Shown here: in pieces, positions 48,207 to 59,405 of the stretch
How the letters are laid out: each line of letters begins with the position of its first letter
How positions within the stretch are numbered: the stretch's first letter is position 1
Assembly (NCBI GenBank): GCA_002359655.1
Contig: DENL01000031.1
Location: forward strand, 15,651-79,650
Length of the DNA: 64,000 nucleotides
Origin: Rickettsiales bacterium UBA2645
GTDB lineage: Bacteria; Pseudomonadota; Alphaproteobacteria; Rickettsiales; UBA1997
Direction of reading: 5' to 3'
Made by a program: the position numbers and the translations under genes
The notes under the pieces: generated by a model
Databases searched by the model: none
What the model was told of the DNA's origin: nothing
The model's input: only the letters and a program-made list of their open reading frames with translations

Positions 48207-50180
48207 ATGCTTCTCAAACTCACGGTTTTTTTGCCGCTTTTTGGTTTTCTATTTTCTGGATTTCTTTCACGAATTTTAGCCAAAACTCCTCTGCAAAAAT
48301 TTAGCGACAAATTCGCCCAAATTTTTTCTAGCTCACTCTTGATAGCATCAGCAATCTGCGCTATTATTATCTTTATCGACATTACTAACAACAAAACCAA
48401 TCAGATTATCCCCATCATAAATTGGATTTCATCGGGTAATTTCTCAGTTAATTGGGCGCTTAAACTTGATTCTCTAACTGCCATAATGCTGGTTGTAGTC
48501 ACTGTGGTTTCTAGCCTAGTTCATGTTTATTCCACTGGTTATATGCACGAAGATAAGTCGATCGCACGCTTCATGTCTTATCTTTCGCTCTTTACATTTT
48601 TCATGTTGATTTTGGTTACTGCTGACAACTTCTTACAACTTTTTGTTGGCTGGGAAGGCGTTGGTGTTGCTTCTTATTTGCTAATCGGATTCTGGTTTAA
48701 AAAACAATCAGCTAACGCTGCCGCAATCAAAGCTTTTGTTGCCAATCGTGTTGGCGATTTTGGTTTGATTATCGCTATCGCTTTGATTTACGTAACTTTT
48801 GGCACTGTCGAATTCGCTCCGGTTTTTGCTACTGTTTGTCATTATGTTGGAGATAGCTTTACATTTTTAGGAACCGAATTTCGTACCATCGACACCATTT
48901 GCATTTTGCTTTTCATCGGCGCTATGGGAAAGTCCGCGCAAATAGGACTTCATGTTTGGCTTGCTGACGCGATGGAAGGTCCAACTCCTGTTTCGGCTTT
49001 AATTCATGCTGCAACGATGGTTACAGCTGGTGTATTTTTGGTTGCACGCTGCTCACCAATTTTTGAATTTTCGCCTTTCGCTTTAGGTATTGTAACTTTG
49101 GTTGGCGCTACAACCGCTTTATTTGCCGCTACAATCGCATTAACACAAAACGATATTAAAAAAATCATCGCTTACTCAACTTGTTCACAACTTGGCTATA
49201 TGTTTTTTGCTTGTGGAGTTTCTGCTTATTCAGCAGCAATTTTCCATTTAGCAACTCACGCGTTTTTTAAAGCGTTATTATTTCTTGGCGCTGGCAGCGT
49301 AATTCACGCCATGCATCACGAACAAAACATTCAAAAAATGGGTGGCATTTGGAAAAAAATTCCAATCACTTACGCGATGATATGGATTGGTTCTCTGGCT
49401 CTTGCTGGCTTTCCGCCATTTGCTGGGTTTTATTCAAAAGATGTGATTTTAGAGGCTGCTTTTATGTCGCACTCACCTTATGGCAAGATAGCTTATGGCA
49501 TGGGAATTACTGCAGCCTTTTTAACTGCATTCTACTCTTGGCGTTTATTATTTTTAACCTTCCACGGCAAAACCCGCGCTGATCACCACACTTTCGATCA
49601 TGCTCATGAATCTCCACTTTCAATGCTAATTCCGCTTTTTGTTTTAGCCTCAGGATCAATTGCTGCAGGATTTATTGGTGCTAATTTGCTGCACATGGTT
49701 TCTGCCGAAGGAAATTTTTTCGAAAATGTAATTTATGTTGGCGAGTCCAAATTAGAGCTGCTTGAGGAAATTCATCACGCGCCATTTTTAGTAAAAATAT
49801 CGCCAATGATTGTTGGCATCATCGCAATTGCCTTAGCTTATTTATTCTATTTGGTAAAAACCGACCTACCAAAAAAATTAGCCGACACCTTAAAGCCACT
49901 TTATAAACTCTCTTACAATAAATGGTATTTTGACGAAATTTACGAAGTGGTTTTTGTTAAATCGACTAAAAAACTTGGTGACTTTCTCTGGCGTATTGTT
50001 GATGTAAAAGGCGTTGACGGCATGCCAAATGGTATGGTCTTTTTATGCAAAAAAGCGGCATCCCAAATAAGCAAAATCCAGACTGGTTATATTTATAATT
50101 ATGCTTTGTCCATCGTACTTGGAATCATAATTTTAGCCTTCTTTTTGATCAGCTCTTTAAAACAATTTTTGTCATTTTAA
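48207..50180 (+). CDS. nuoL: NADH-quinone oxidoreductase subunit L
   Basis: FVGWEGVGVASYLLIGFW, SAQIGLHVWLADAMEGPTPVSALIHAATMV and a C-terminal lateral-helix region are present. Confidence 0.9.
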   Translation: MLLKLTVFLPLFGFLFSGFLSRILAKTPLQKFSDKFAQIFSSSLLIASAICAIIIFIDITNNKTNQIIPIINWISSGNFSVNWALKLDSLTAIMLVVVTVVSSLVHVYSTGYMHEDKSIARFMSYLSLFTFFMLILVTADNFLQLFVGWEGVGVASYLLIGFWFKKQSANAAAIKAFVANRVGDFGLIIAIALIYVTFGTVEFAPVFATVCHYVGDSFTFLGTEFRTIDTICILLFIGAMGKSAQIGLHVWLADAMEGPTPVSALIHAATMVTAGVFLVARCSPIFEFSPFALGIVTLVGATTALFAATIALTQNDIKKIIAYSTCSQLGYMFFACGVSAYSAAIFHLATHAFFKALLFLGAGSVIHAMHHEQNIQKMGGIWKKIPITYAMIWIGSLALAGFPPFAGFYSKDVILEAAFMSHSPYGKIAYGMGITAAFLTAFYSWRLLFLTFHGKTRADHHTFDHAHESPLSMLIPLFVLASGSIAAGFIGANLLHMVSAEGNFFENVIYVGESKLELLEEIHHAPFLVKISPMIVGIIAIALAYLFYLVKTDLPKKLADTLKPLYKLSYNKWYFDEIYEVVFVKSTKKLGDFLWRIVDVKGVDGMPNGMVFLCKKAASQISKIQTGYIYNYALSIVLGIIILAFFLISSLKQFLSF

Positions 50181-50785
50181 TGGATCAAAGAAAACTTCGT
50201 GATTGTCTTGGCCTGTTTTCTACTGGTATCATTATTGCCTGTGCTCGCAAGAAAAATTTTTTAATTGAAAAAATCGATGCCGAAAAAATTCTGCATAACA
50301 AAATTTTTTCTGAAAAAATCCTAAACAATAAATTGATTAGAGAAACCACTCTGGGCAAAAGCTTAATGCAGAAGTTAAAAGAAATTTTCGCCGCTGAGTT
50401 TTTCGGCATGACTATTAACTCTTTTGCTTCGGTGTCTTTAAAGCCGCCTTTGGTTTCATTTTGTATCGACAATAAATCAGCAAATCTGAAGTTTTTTCAA
50501 AAGAATAAATTTTTTTCACTCAACATTTTAAGTGAATCACAACAAGAATTGGCCAGCGGATTTGCCACTCCGAAAAACAGTAAAAAATGGGGAATTGAGG
50601 CTTATTTTCTTGGCCAAAATGGCAGTCCAATCTTTGAAAATTCAATCGCTTTTTTTGAGTGCAAAAAACATAAAATCATCAAAATTGGCGATCATCATAT
50701 TTTAATTGGCGAAGTAATTGATTTTGCCAAACTCTCTGAAGCCAAACCACTTCTATATTTTCAAGGCAAATACAATAAATTGTAA
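50180..50785 (+). CDS. Flavin reductase-like (FMN-binding split barrel) protein
   Basis: LGLFSTGIIIACA, MTINSFASVSLKPPLVSFCI and GDHHILIGEV are present. The ATG shares one nt with the nuoL TAA. Confidence 0.7.
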   Translation: MDQRKLRDCLGLFSTGIIIACARKKNFLIEKIDAEKILHNKIFSEKILNNKLIRETTLGKSLMQKLKEIFAAEFFGMTINSFASVSLKPPLVSFCIDNKSANLKFFQKNKFFSLNILSESQQELASGFATPKNSKKWGIEAYFLGQNGSPIFENSIAFFECKKHKIIKIGDHHILIGEVIDFAKLSEAKPLLYFQGKYNKL

Positions 50786-50822
50786 AAACACCAATTAATT
50801 GGCGCCTAAACAAAATTTAGTA

Positions 50823-53198
50823 TTAAGCGTCTTGTAAGAAGCTTTTTAGTAATTTTGATCTCTTTGGATGTTGTAGTTTTTTTAAAGCCTTGGCCTCGAT
50901 TTGACGAATCCTTTCTCGAGTCACTGAAAATTGTTTACCTACTTCTTCCAAGGTGTGATCTGTTACCATGCCAATACCAAAGCGCATGCGCAAAACTCTT
51001 TCTTCACGTGGAGTTAGTGATGAAAGCATTTGGGCAGTCACTTCTTTTAGCTTAGAATGCGAAGCGGCGTCAAAAGGCATGACCGCGGTTTTATCTTCGA
51101 TGAAATCGCCAAGGATGCTATCTTCGTCATCACCAGAAACTGGTGCTTCAAGACTAACTGGATCTTTTGAAGTTCTTAATACTTTTCTAACCTTATCAAC
51201 TGGCATCAAAAGTTTGTCAGCAATTTCTTGCGCATCTGGTGTTCTGCCAAGCTCTTGTGTAAGTTGACGCGAGGTTTTTACAATTTTGTTAATCGTTTCA
51301 ACCATGTGAATTGGAATACGAATCGTGCGCGACTGATCTGCAATAGCGCGAGTGATTGCTTGCCGAATCCACCAAGTTGCATAAGTTGAAAATTTATAAC
51401 CACGACGATATTCAAATTTATCAACGGCGCGCATCAAACCAATATTGCCTTCTTGAATTAAATCCAAAAATTGTAAACCGCGGTTGGTATATTTTTTTGC
51501 AATTGAAACCACCAAACGCAAGTTGGCTTCAATCATTTCTTTTTTAGCTTTTAATTCTTCGTTTTGGCTTCTTCTGACTATGTTGATCAAAGCTTTGAAG
51601 TCAGGCAAATTCAAGCCCATGATTTTGGTTAGTTTTAAAATTCTGGCTTGAACCTCTTTGATTTTTTCCTCCTCAGCTGCGTAAAAAGCTGACCATCTTC
51701 TTTCTTTAATTGCCGAGATTTTTTCGATCCATTTCTCGCCATCTTCAAGGCCTGCGTAATGCTTTAAGAAATCAGATTTATCAACGCTATGCTTTTGTGA
51801 CAAACGCAGTAGTTCTACTTCGATGGAAATAAGTTTAGCATGAGCTTCGTAAAGCTGTTCAACCAAAGCTTTGATTAGAGAATCGTTGAAGCTGACTTCG
51901 GTCGAAAGCTTCATAAACTCAGCTTTCAATTTTTGAATATCTTTATCAGCTTCAATTTGAGCACGAGTTTTATCTGCTGATTTGTCTAAAATCTTTTGAC
52001 AAATATGGGCAATTTTTTGGAATAGATCCAACATTTTTGGCATCAAAATTCGCTCCATCGAAACGAAGGAGACAACGCTTTCGTCGATTTCTTCAAGCTC
52101 TTCATCTTCAAAAAGAGATTCCTCTTCCGCAGCTGTATCGACTTGTTCGTTAATAATGGCGGTAACATCTTCTTCGTTGTTTGCAGCCTGTTGTGCTTCG
52201 GCCATTTCGGCGGCTTGGCGTTCACTGTTTTTCATTATTTCTTCCAACTCAGAATTGTAGGTCTCATCAATTCTGATAATATCGCGAAGTAGAATAGTGC
52301 CGCCAGAAAGGCCGTTATACCATTCAATAAAGTGCTTCATGATCATCGGGCTTTGATAAAGCGACTGTACAGTTTTATTGCGGCCTTCTTCGATACGCAT
52401 AGCAATTGCCACTTCATCTTCACGAGTCAGAAGCTTAACGGTGCTCATCGATTTCAAATAGGTTTTGACCGAATCTTCAGAACGTTTTTGGCTTTTTTCT
52501 TCATCTTTGGCAATTGAGCCGTCTTCTAGTTTATCAAGATCATCTTCTTTTTCGACGATCTGAATTTTGAACTCTGTTAAAATATCTAAAATGCGATCCA
52601 GTTTTTTTGGATCAATGTCGGAATCAATATTTTCGTTGATTTGATCATAAGTTAAAAAGCCCTGAGATTTACCTAAAGCCAACATAACTTTAAGCTTATC
52701 AGCTAATTCATTTGAAAGCTTTTTGCCCTCTTCATCTTTTTGTAAAAGAGCAGTTTTTACACCTTGAATTAGTTGGAATTTTTCAGCTAGAGCAACAGTT
52801 TTATCGTTAATTGCTGTAGCTAATTTTGATTTTGAAACTTTTTTCTTTGGTGTTTTTTCTTTAAGAATTTTTTCTTTAACTGGTTTTATTTTTTTTACTT
52901 TCTCAATTTTTTGAACTTTTTTCTTAGATATCTTAGCAGCTTTTTTAACAGGCTTTACGGTTTTTTTGATTTGTGGTTTTTTTGCAGCTTTTACAATTTT
53001 TTTAACTGGTTTTTTTACCACAGCTTTTGCTTTCACTATTTTTTTTGCTACTTTAACTGCAGATTTTTTAACGGCTTTTGGCTTTGATTTAATTGGTTTC
53101 ACAGCTTTTTTAGCCACTGGCTTTTTGACAATTTTTTTCACCACTTTTGCTGCCGATTTTTTTGCCACAGCTTTTTTAGCTTTCTTTTTTATAGCCAT
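50823..53198 (-). CDS. rpoD: RNA polymerase sigma factor RpoD with Lys/Ala/Val-rich N-terminal extension
   Basis: Regions 2-4 are present ([44 protein letters not shown]). It lies downstream of dnaG. Confidence 0.95.
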   Translation of the reverse strand: MAIKKKAKKAVAKKSAAKVVKKIVKKPVAKKAVKPIKSKPKAVKKSAVKVAKKIVKAKAVVKKPVKKIVKAAKKPQIKKTVKPVKKAAKISKKKVQKIEKVKKIKPVKEKILKEKTPKKKVSKSKLATAINDKTVALAEKFQLIQGVKTALLQKDEEGKKLSNELADKLKVMLALGKSQGFLTYDQINENIDSDIDPKKLDRILDILTEFKIQIVEKEDDLDKLEDGSIAKDEEKSQKRSEDSVKTYLKSMSTVKLLTREDEVAIAMRIEEGRNKTVQSLYQSPMIMKHFIEWYNGLSGGTILLRDIIRIDETYNSELEEIMKNSERQAAEMAEAQQAANNEEDVTAIINEQVDTAAEEESLFEDEELEEIDESVVSFVSMERILMPKMLDLFQKIAHICQKILDKSADKTRAQIEADKDIQKLKAEFMKLSTEVSFNDSLIKALVEQLYEAHAKLISIEVELLRLSQKHSVDKSDFLKHYAGLEDGEKWIEKISAIKERRWSAFYAAEEEKIKEVQARILKLTKIMGLNLPDFKALINIVRRSQNEELKAKKEMIEANLRLVVSIAKKYTNRGLQFLDLIQEGNIGLMRAVDKFEYRRGYKFSTYATWWIRQAITRAIADQSRTIRIPIHMVETINKIVKTSRQLTQELGRTPDAQEIADKLLMPVDKVRKVLRTSKDPVSLEAPVSGDDEDSILGDFIEDKTAVMPFDAASHSKLKEVTAQMLSSLTPREERVLRMRFGIGMVTDHTLEEVGKQFSVTRERIRQIEAKALKKLQHPKRSKLLKSFLQDA

Positions 53199-53215
53199 AT
53201 TTCCTCTTAAAGTTT

Positions 53216-55039
53216 TTAGGAGAAATCTTTTTCAAGCAGCAGAATCTTCTGCTCGAGAGATTTTTTGTAATTAAAAATTTCCTTAATTTTTTGATTTGTG
53301 ATTGCTGATTGATGAGTTTCGATCTCGTCAATCTTGCTTCTAGCTTCTTGATATTGGCTTTCTACTTGAAGTAATAAATCTTTCAGAAGTAGAGTGCTTA
53401 ATTTGCTTTTGGCGTAGTCTAATGTAACCATGCTAATGCTTGCAAGCACATTCTTCAACTCACTTAGATCGTTACTCGATACTGAATTTTCAAGGGCAGC
53501 TATTAAATCTTTTGTTTGGAACTCTTGATTTTCTTCTATCAGCTCGATCAGCAACTCTTTTAAATTAGTCATTTCTTCACTAACTAGCTGAGTGTTTTTA
53601 ATATCAAAATTTTCATCATGAAAATTTGCTAGTTCTGGAAATTTGATTATCAAAGCAATAATTGCTATAGCCTGATTTTTAGAGGCGTTAGAACTAATTT
53701 TATTATAATTTTTGTTGGTAAAATTATTATCTTTCTCAACTGATTTTGACGAATTTTTTGAGAAATTTTTTCCTAAAGCAAAAAGCAAATCTTTAAAGAA
53801 ATATGAAAAATGTTTTTTGGAAGTAGCGTCTAAAATTGTAGCAACTTTAGCATTTAAATTAGCTTCAATTTTAGCCTTCATTTCGGCGCTAATTTTATCT
53901 TTTCTTTCAACTCCAAGTTCTATTAAAGCAAAGTCAAAAAGGCTTTGTGATAGTGGAGTTGCTTGTTTGAAAAGCTTTTCTAGTTCTTTAGTGCCAATTT
54001 TTTTCACAAAATCATCAGGATCGAGTTGATTTGGCAAAAAAGTAAAATTGATATTTTTTTTAGCATTGATCAAAGGCAAGGCCAGCTCAGAAACTCGTTT
54101 AGCAGCTCTGATTCCAGCGGCGTCGCCATCTAAACAAATTATGATATTGTCTGTAGTAAAAAATAATTCTTTTAAATGCTCTTGCCCCAAAGCAGTACCA
54201 AGACCAGCAACAACGTTTTCAATGCCATTCATAAAAAGCGAAATGGCGTCCATATAACCTTCAACAACAACAGCGTAACCTTTTGAAAATATTGGCTTAC
54301 GGGCAAAGTGAAAATTATAAAGAGTTTGATTTTTTTTAAAAATATCAGTCTCAGCCGAGTTTAAGTATTTTGGCAAATCATCAGAAATTGTACGTCCGCC
54401 AAAAGCAATTACCTGACCTTTTTTATTGGTGATTGGAAATATCACGCGATTACGAAATTTATCGTAAAATTTTTTCTGCTCGTTAACTCCAATCACGCCT
54501 GATCTAGCTATTTCTTGCTCTGCAAAACCTTGTTCTTGCAAATATTTTGTCAGTGCTTCGTAAGAATTTAGAGCAAAACCTAAACGAAATTTTTTGATAT
54601 TTTCAGAAGAAATGTCTCTTTTGCGTAAATATGAAAGTGCCTCTTGGCCGTTTTGAGAAAGTAGATTTTTCTGAAAAAATTGGCAGATATTTTCAAGCAA
54701 AAGTAAGTCGCGTGAAAGCTTTTCTTCTTTGGCTTCGTCGAATTTAACTTGCGGAATTGGAATTGAAAAATCATCAGATAGTTTTTTTACAGCTTCTGGA
54801 TAGCTAAAACCTTCACTTTGCATCACAAAACTAATCACATCACCATGAGCAGCACAGCCAAAACAATGATAAAATCCTTTCTGGTCGTTAACTGTAAATG
54901 AAGGAGATTTTTCGTTATGAAATGGGCAGAGGCCGCTAAATTCTTTACCGCGTAGCTTTAACTTAACTTTTTTCCCTACAACTTCAGAAACTAAAATTGA
55001 GGAGCGCAATTTTTCAGGGAAATCTTTAGGGAAAATCAT
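53216..55039 (-). CDS. dnaG: DNA primase
   Basis: An ATG at 55039 starts the product. It has a zinc ribbon [13 protein letters not shown]...[11 protein letters not shown] and a TOPRIM domain VVEGYMD...LDGDAAG. Confidence 0.9.
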   Translation of the reverse strand: MIFPKDFPEKLRSSILVSEVVGKKVKLKLRGKEFSGLCPFHNEKSPSFTVNDQKGFYHCFGCAAHGDVISFVMQSEGFSYPEAVKKLSDDFSIPIPQVKFDEAKEEKLSRDLLLLENICQFFQKNLLSQNGQEALSYLRKRDISSENIKKFRLGFALNSYEALTKYLQEQGFAEQEIARSGVIGVNEQKKFYDKFRNRVIFPITNKKGQVIAFGGRTISDDLPKYLNSAETDIFKKNQTLYNFHFARKPIFSKGYAVVVEGYMDAISLFMNGIENVVAGLGTALGQEHLKELFFTTDNIIICLDGDAAGIRAAKRVSELALPLINAKKNINFTFLPNQLDPDDFVKKIGTKELEKLFKQATPLSQSLFDFALIELGVERKDKISAEMKAKIEANLNAKVATILDATSKKHFSYFFKDLLFALGKNFSKNSSKSVEKDNNFTNKNYNKISSNASKNQAIAIIALIIKFPELANFHDENFDIKNTQLVSEEMTNLKELLIELIEENQEFQTKDLIAALENSVSSNDLSELKNVLASISMVTLDYAKSKLSTLLLKDLLLQVESQYQEARSKIDEIETHQSAITNQKIKEIFNYKKSLEQKILLLEKDFS

Positions 55040-55055
55040 GAATACCAAACTCGAT

Positions 55056-55682
55056 TTAGTAAGAGTAGTTCCACATGATATCAAAGATTGTCATGGTAAC
55101 CGAAAAAGCGATCGGAATTAAAAAATTATCATCAATTTTAAACATGCTTGGACGCGCTTCCATAATGGTTATAACGCTTAATGTAAAAAGTCCGAAAAAG
55201 TAAAACCAAAATCTAGCATGATAAATCAAACCACAGCTAATTAAAATAATAAGGGCAGTTAAAAAGAAGGCAGCAGAGCCGTTTAAAGTCTTTTCAAAAA
55301 ACGGTTGGCTCGGAAAATTTCTACCAATAATTGCAGCAGCAGCATCAGAAATTGCTAAAATTACAAAAGCAGTTACGGCGATTTCAGCAGGGAAAAATAA
55401 AAAATTTATACAAGCGGCAAGTGCAACCCAACTGACTCCGCACAGCTTATCACCCGTAACTTCATGAGGTCTTAAAATTATCGAAAAACTTTTTACAAAA
55501 ATTTCTTGTACGGCTTTGTTGCTGCGACGCATATAGTCAAGAGAAACAACCACTGAAGCCATTGAGGCAAAAATTGCTACACTCAACCATTTTCCTAAAT
55601 TATAATAAGCAATTGGCGCCAATATTAGCAGCACGTGGAAGCATTTACGATAAGTTTCGTTTTTCAGAGAAATCTGAGACAT
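55056..55682 (-). CDS. Polytopic membrane protein, dolichol/phytol kinase or CDP-diglyceride synthase-like (CTP transferase 1 superfamily)
   Basis: It has six or more TM helices. The motif AISDAAAAIIGRNF...KTLNGSAAFF is present. Confidence 0.45.
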   Translation of the reverse strand: MSQISLKNETYRKCFHVLLILAPIAYYNLGKWLSVAIFASMASVVVSLDYMRRSNKAVQEIFVKSFSIILRPHEVTGDKLCGVSWVALAACINFLFFPAEIAVTAFVILAISDAAAAIIGRNFPSQPFFEKTLNGSAAFFLTALIILISCGLIYHARFWFYFFGLFTLSVITIMEARPSMFKIDDNFLIPIAFSVTMTIFDIMWNYSY

Positions 55683-55689
55683 TTTTTAA

Positions 55690-56031
55690 TTAGTTATTAG
55701 AGGAAGATTTTTTATCCTGATAAACAATCACTTCGTTCTTACCAGCATAACCCAAAACTTTTCTGGCTTGCTCATCAAGCAAGTCAATATCGAGTGATTT
55801 TAAGTTCATGCCATGAACCATATTTTGTTTGAGCTGTATTTTAGAGAGAAGCTCTGCTTTAACGCTTTCTTTATTTGCGACCTGATGCTTTAAAGCGTAA
55901 TATTCGATCAAGCCTTTTGAGCCAAAAATTGTGCAAGAAGCAAAATATAAAACTACTGCAAAGCCAGCGAAATAGATAATAAACAGCGATCTAGTAATAT
56001 TATGTTTTTTAACAAAGTTGTATAAAAACAT
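55690..56031 (-). CDS. ftsB: Septum formation initiator (FtsB/DivIC family)
   Basis: It is a 113-aa bitopic protein with a coiled coil. It lies downstream of pdhAB, as I recall for many Alphaproteobacteria. Confidence 0.55.
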   Translation of the reverse strand: MFLYNFVKKHNITRSLFIIYFAGFAVVLYFASCTIFGSKGLIEYYALKHQVANKESVKAELLSKIQLKQNMVHGMNLKSLDIDLLDEQARKVLGYAGKNEVIVYQDKKSSSNN

Positions 56032-56040
56032 GAGCTAAAA

Positions 56041-57033
56041 TTATTGATTACGCGAACACAGCTCTTTTGCTGCTGCAATAATGTTAACGGTTTTTGGTAA
56101 TGCTAGTCTTTCAAGATTTGCAGCATATGGAAGTGGCGCATCAATACTTGCAAGTTTTTTTACTGGTGCATCCAGATAATCAAAAGCTTGTTCCATTAAG
56201 ACCGAAGCAATTTCGCTGCCGACTGAGGCAAATGGAAAACCTTCCTCAACCGTGATGCAACGCGAAGTTTTTTTGACTGATTCAACAATTGTCTCATGAT
56301 CCAATGGGCGAATTGTGCGTAGATCGATAACTTCAGCTTCAATACCTTCTTTCGCCAACTCTTCTGCAGCTTCTAGGGCGTATTTTACTACTAAAGAAAA
56401 AGCCACAATGGTGATGTCTTTTCCTTGGCGTAAAACCTTGGCTTTGCCTATTTCAACTAAATGATCGTCGTCATATTCTTCTTCGAAAGAAAAGCCGTAA
56501 GTGATTTCATTTTCTAAAAATATTACTGGATTTGGATCACGAATTGCAGCTTTCAATAAACCTTTTGCATCAGCAGCTGAGTAGGGGGCGATTACTTTCA
56601 AACCCGGAATTGAACCATACCAAGCAGCGTAGCATTGCGAATGCTGCGCACCAACTCTTGAAGCGGCGCCATTTGGTCCACGAAAAACAATTGGACAACG
56701 CACTTGACCACCAGACATATAATTAGTTTTAGCAGCAGAGTTAATAATTTGGTCAATTGCCTGCATGGCGAAGTTAAAAGTCATGAACTCAACAACTGGT
56801 TTTAAACCGGCAAAAGCGGCACCAACTGCAATTCCAGTAAATCCGTGCTCAGTGATTGGAGTATCAACGACTCTTTTAGCACCAAACTCAGCAAGCAAGC
56901 CTTGGGTAACTTTATAAGCACCGTTATACTCAGCTACTTCTTCACCAATAATAAAAACTTCTGGGGTAGTTCTCATTTCTTCGGCCATCGCTTCTCGTAA
57001 AGCTTCGCGCACTGTTAATTTTTTTAAGGTCAT
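56041..57033 (-). CDS. pdhB: Pyruvate dehydrogenase E1 component beta subunit
   Basis: [26 protein letters not shown] and DTPITE motifs are present. Confidence 0.9.
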   Translation of the reverse strand: MTLKKLTVREALREAMAEEMRTTPEVFIIGEEVAEYNGAYKVTQGLLAEFGAKRVVDTPITEHGFTGIAVGAAFAGLKPVVEFMTFNFAMQAIDQIINSAAKTNYMSGGQVRCPIVFRGPNGAASRVGAQHSQCYAAWYGSIPGLKVIAPYSAADAKGLLKAAIRDPNPVIFLENEITYGFSFEEEYDDDHLVEIGKAKVLRQGKDITIVAFSLVVKYALEAAEELAKEGIEAEVIDLRTIRPLDHETIVESVKKTSRCITVEEGFPFASVGSEIASVLMEQAFDYLDAPVKKLASIDAPLPYAANLERLALPKTVNIIAAAKELCSRNQ

Positions 57034-57046
57034 TTTTCGTTTTGTT

Positions 57047-58036
57047 TTAATTATAGATTTCTGTCATTAGTTCTGACTCGTCAGGTTCTAGACTGTTTTT
57101 AGCAAATTCTACAATTTGATTAATTTCTTCTTTGACCAGATCATCAATTTTTTTGATATCGCCTTCAGAGGCGATTTTATTGCTCAAAATGTGATTTCTC
57201 AGTGAGTCAATCGGATCTTCTTCTTTTTTATTATTTAGCTCTTCTTTGCTACGATAAGTTGCTGGATCAGACATTGAATGACCACGATAACGATAAGTAT
57301 CCATTTCTAAAATCACTGGACCATTACCAGATCTAGCATAATCAACCCATTTTTGAGCTTGGTTAATTACATCAAAGATATTCATACCGTTAATTTTCTC
57401 ACCTGGAATATTGAAGCCGATTCCGCGCTTGTAGAGCTCATCAATTGAAGAAGAGCGTTGCAGCGAAGTTCCCATCGCATAGTGATTATTTTCAATAATA
57501 AAAAGCACAGGAAGATTCCACAATTTGGCCATATTAAAGGCTTCATAGACTTGACCTTGATGTGCCGCACCATCGCCAAAATAGCAATAGGTGACATTTT
57601 TTCTATCCAAATATTTATCAGCAAAAGCAAGGCCTGCACCAATTGGAACAGAAGCTCCAACAATTCCATGACCACCATAAAAATGTTTTTCTAAATCAAA
57701 CAAATGCATTGAGCCACCCTTACCTTTTGAAGATCCATCAGCACGACCAAGCAACTCTGCCATGATTTTTTTCGGGTCAGAGCCCACAGAAATCATGTGT
57801 CCGTGATCACGATAGGTAGTGATTACTTTGTCTCCATCTTTCATGGTAAAACGCATACCGCTAGCAATTGCTTCTTGTCCGATGTAGAGATGGCAAAAAC
57901 CAGCGATTAAACCCATGCCATAAAGCTGACCAGCGCGCTCTTCAAAACGTCTAATCATCAGCATTTCTTGATAAAAATTTAACAAATCTTTTTTGGCGAA
58001 ATTAAAATTCGATTTGACTTCTGGTTTCTTGCTCAT
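57047..58036 (-). CDS. pdhA: Pyruvate dehydrogenase E1 component alpha subunit
   Basis: [11 protein letters not shown], the TPP motif [31 protein letters not shown], and [11 protein letters not shown] are present. Confidence 0.9.
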   Translation of the reverse strand: MSKKPEVKSNFNFAKKDLLNFYQEMLMIRRFEERAGQLYGMGLIAGFCHLYIGQEAIASGMRFTMKDGDKVITTYRDHGHMISVGSDPKKIMAELLGRADGSSKGKGGSMHLFDLEKHFYGGHGIVGASVPIGAGLAFADKYLDRKNVTYCYFGDGAAHQGQVYEAFNMAKLWNLPVLFIIENNHYAMGTSLQRSSSIDELYKRGIGFNIPGEKINGMNIFDVINQAQKWVDYARSGNGPVILEMDTYRYRGHSMSDPATYRSKEELNNKKEEDPIDSLRNHILSNKIASEGDIKKIDDLVKEEINQIVEFAKNSLEPDESELMTEIYN

Positions 58037-58191
58037 GTTTTTATTTTTTAGAGTGTGAGAAAACTATGTTTAAGATTTTTACAGAACTTTTTTTTGAGAA
58101 ATTTCAGCGTTTTTTTGCAAAGAAGGCGCCCTTCTAAACAGCCAAAAATAAAAGTCAAATTAGCAAAGCTGGGCTTGAGCTTGAGCCAAAA

Positions 58192-58563
58192 TTACTTTGA
58201 CGGAATTGGCGGCGTGGCAACAAAAATTCCATGCAAAAAAATTTTTATAAAAGTCAGAATCATTACGCCAAATTTAAAGCTAGCGATTATTGCCACAACA
58301 CAATAGAGAAAGATCATTAGAAATCTGGCGAGGTTTTCTATTATTAATTGGCGATACATGCCCCATTTTTCAGCTTCGGCCATTTTGGCGACAGATTCTT
58401 TTTTAGCTTCAATAAGACGAGCTTTTTCTTCTTGTTGCTTAATTTCTACTTCGTTTAAAACATGATTTTCTGGCGAAGTCTGGTCACCAGTTTTTTTGCT
58501 AGATTTTTTCTCAAGTTGCGTTTTTAGTAATTGCGATAACAGTTTTTGCACTTGTTCTGACAT
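58192..58563 (-). CDS. Hypothetical coiled-coil, C-terminally membrane-anchored protein
   Basis: The ORF has an ATG at 58563, a charged coiled-coil N-terminal half and hydrophobic C-terminal helices. No family was recognised. Confidence 0.35.
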   Translation of the reverse strand: MSEQVQKLLSQLLKTQLEKKSSKKTGDQTSPENHVLNEVEIKQQEEKARLIEAKKESVAKMAEAEKWGMYRQLIIENLARFLMIFLYCVVAIIASFKFGVMILTFIKIFLHGIFVATPPIPSK

Positions 58564-58604
58564 AGATTTTAAAATATTGCAGCTGAATTTTATCCAAAAC
58601 TTAA

Positions 58605-59405
58605 GTGGTTGAAGCATTTCTTATCAAGCCTTTTCTGGCTTTAATTCTAATTACAATTTCTTGCTCTCTTCTAGGAATTTTTGTGTTGTGGAAAAAACTT
58701 GCCTACTTTGGCGACGGGCTTTCTCACTCGATTTTGCTTGGCTTTGTCTTGGGTGCAATTTGCGGCAGTAATCAAGCTACGACAATAATCATCTTCGCAG
58801 TTTTTTATGCGATGTTAATTGAACTAATATCGCTTAGTCGCTCTTTTTCAAAGGATACTATAATTGCGATTTCATCTTATTTTTGCATCGCCAGCGCCAT
58901 TATTTTAAACGATTTATGGCAAAGAAGTTTTGATCTCGGATCTTATGTTTTTGGCGATATTTTAACAGTTACAAACACAGATATTAATTTTTTAGCAGCA
59001 ATCGCAATCATCACTATTTTTTACACAATTTTTGGCTTTAGAAAAACTTTATTAATCAGCATCAATAAAGATCTAGCCAAAATTGAAGGCTTTAAAATAA
59101 AGTTATGGAACTTGTCTTTTACAGTCTTACTCGCAGTTACCGTAGCTTTGTCAGTGAAAATTGTCGGCATTTTTTTGATGACAGCACTTTTGGTTCTGCC
59201 TGCAGCAATTGCCAGAATTTTCTCTATTTCGGCCAAACAAATGATTCTTCTAAGTCTAGTAATTGGAATTTGCGTTACTTCATTTGCTTTTGATCTTGCC
59301 AGTAAATTCGATTTAACCATCAGCGCTTTGATAATCGCAACTTTCTGCCTAATTTTTATCTTTACTTTAGTCTTAAAAAAAATCTCTCTTCATGCTAAAT
59401 CTTAG
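58605..59405 (+). CDS. znuB: ABC-3 family metal (Zn/Mn) transporter permease, ZnuB-like
   Basis: A GTG start gives a product with LGIFVLWKKLAYFGDGLSHS. It has 8 or so TM helices. No znuA or znuC is adjacent. Confidence 0.75.
   Translation: MVEAFLIKPFLALILITISCSLLGIFVLWKKLAYFGDGLSHSILLGFVLGAICGSNQATTIIIFAVFYAMLIELISLSRSFSKDTIIAISSYFCIASAIILNDLWQRSFDLGSYVFGDILTVTNTDINFLAAIAIITIFYTIFGFRKTLLISINKDLAKIEGFKIKLWNLSFTVLLAVTVALSVKIVGIFLMTALLVLPAAIARIFSISAKQMILLSLVIGICVTSFAFDLASKFDLTISALIIATFCLIFIFTLVLKKISLHAKS

Noticed and set aside
48185-48400. 71-aa minus-strand ORF overlapping the nuoL start.
   Set aside because: It overlaps a confidently called gene. It has no motif, and its position is better explained as the antisense frame of nuoL.
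50791-50802. Perfect 12-nt palindrome ccaattaattgg between the flavin reductase gene and rpoD, considered as a bidirectional terminator.
   Set aside because: There is no loop. The effective stem would be about 4 AT-rich bp, too weak to call.
52966-53274. 102-aa Phe/Thr/Ala-rich ORF on the + strand.
   Set aside because: It is the reverse-complement reading of the Lys/Ala/Val repeat tract of rpoD (AAA/GCN becomes TTT/NGC). This is an artefact of low-complexity sequence.
58110-58140. Small hairpin agaagg-cgc-ccttct near the end of the 58192-58563 gene.
   Set aside because: It is a 6-bp stem with a 3-nt loop and has no T-run on the relevant strand. This is not convincing as a terminator.
58055-58306. 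83-aa + strand ORF between pdhA and the coiled-coil membrane protein gene.
   Set aside because: It is an AT-rich, Lys/Phe-rich translation that overlaps the 3' end of the minus-strand gene. There is no supporting signal.
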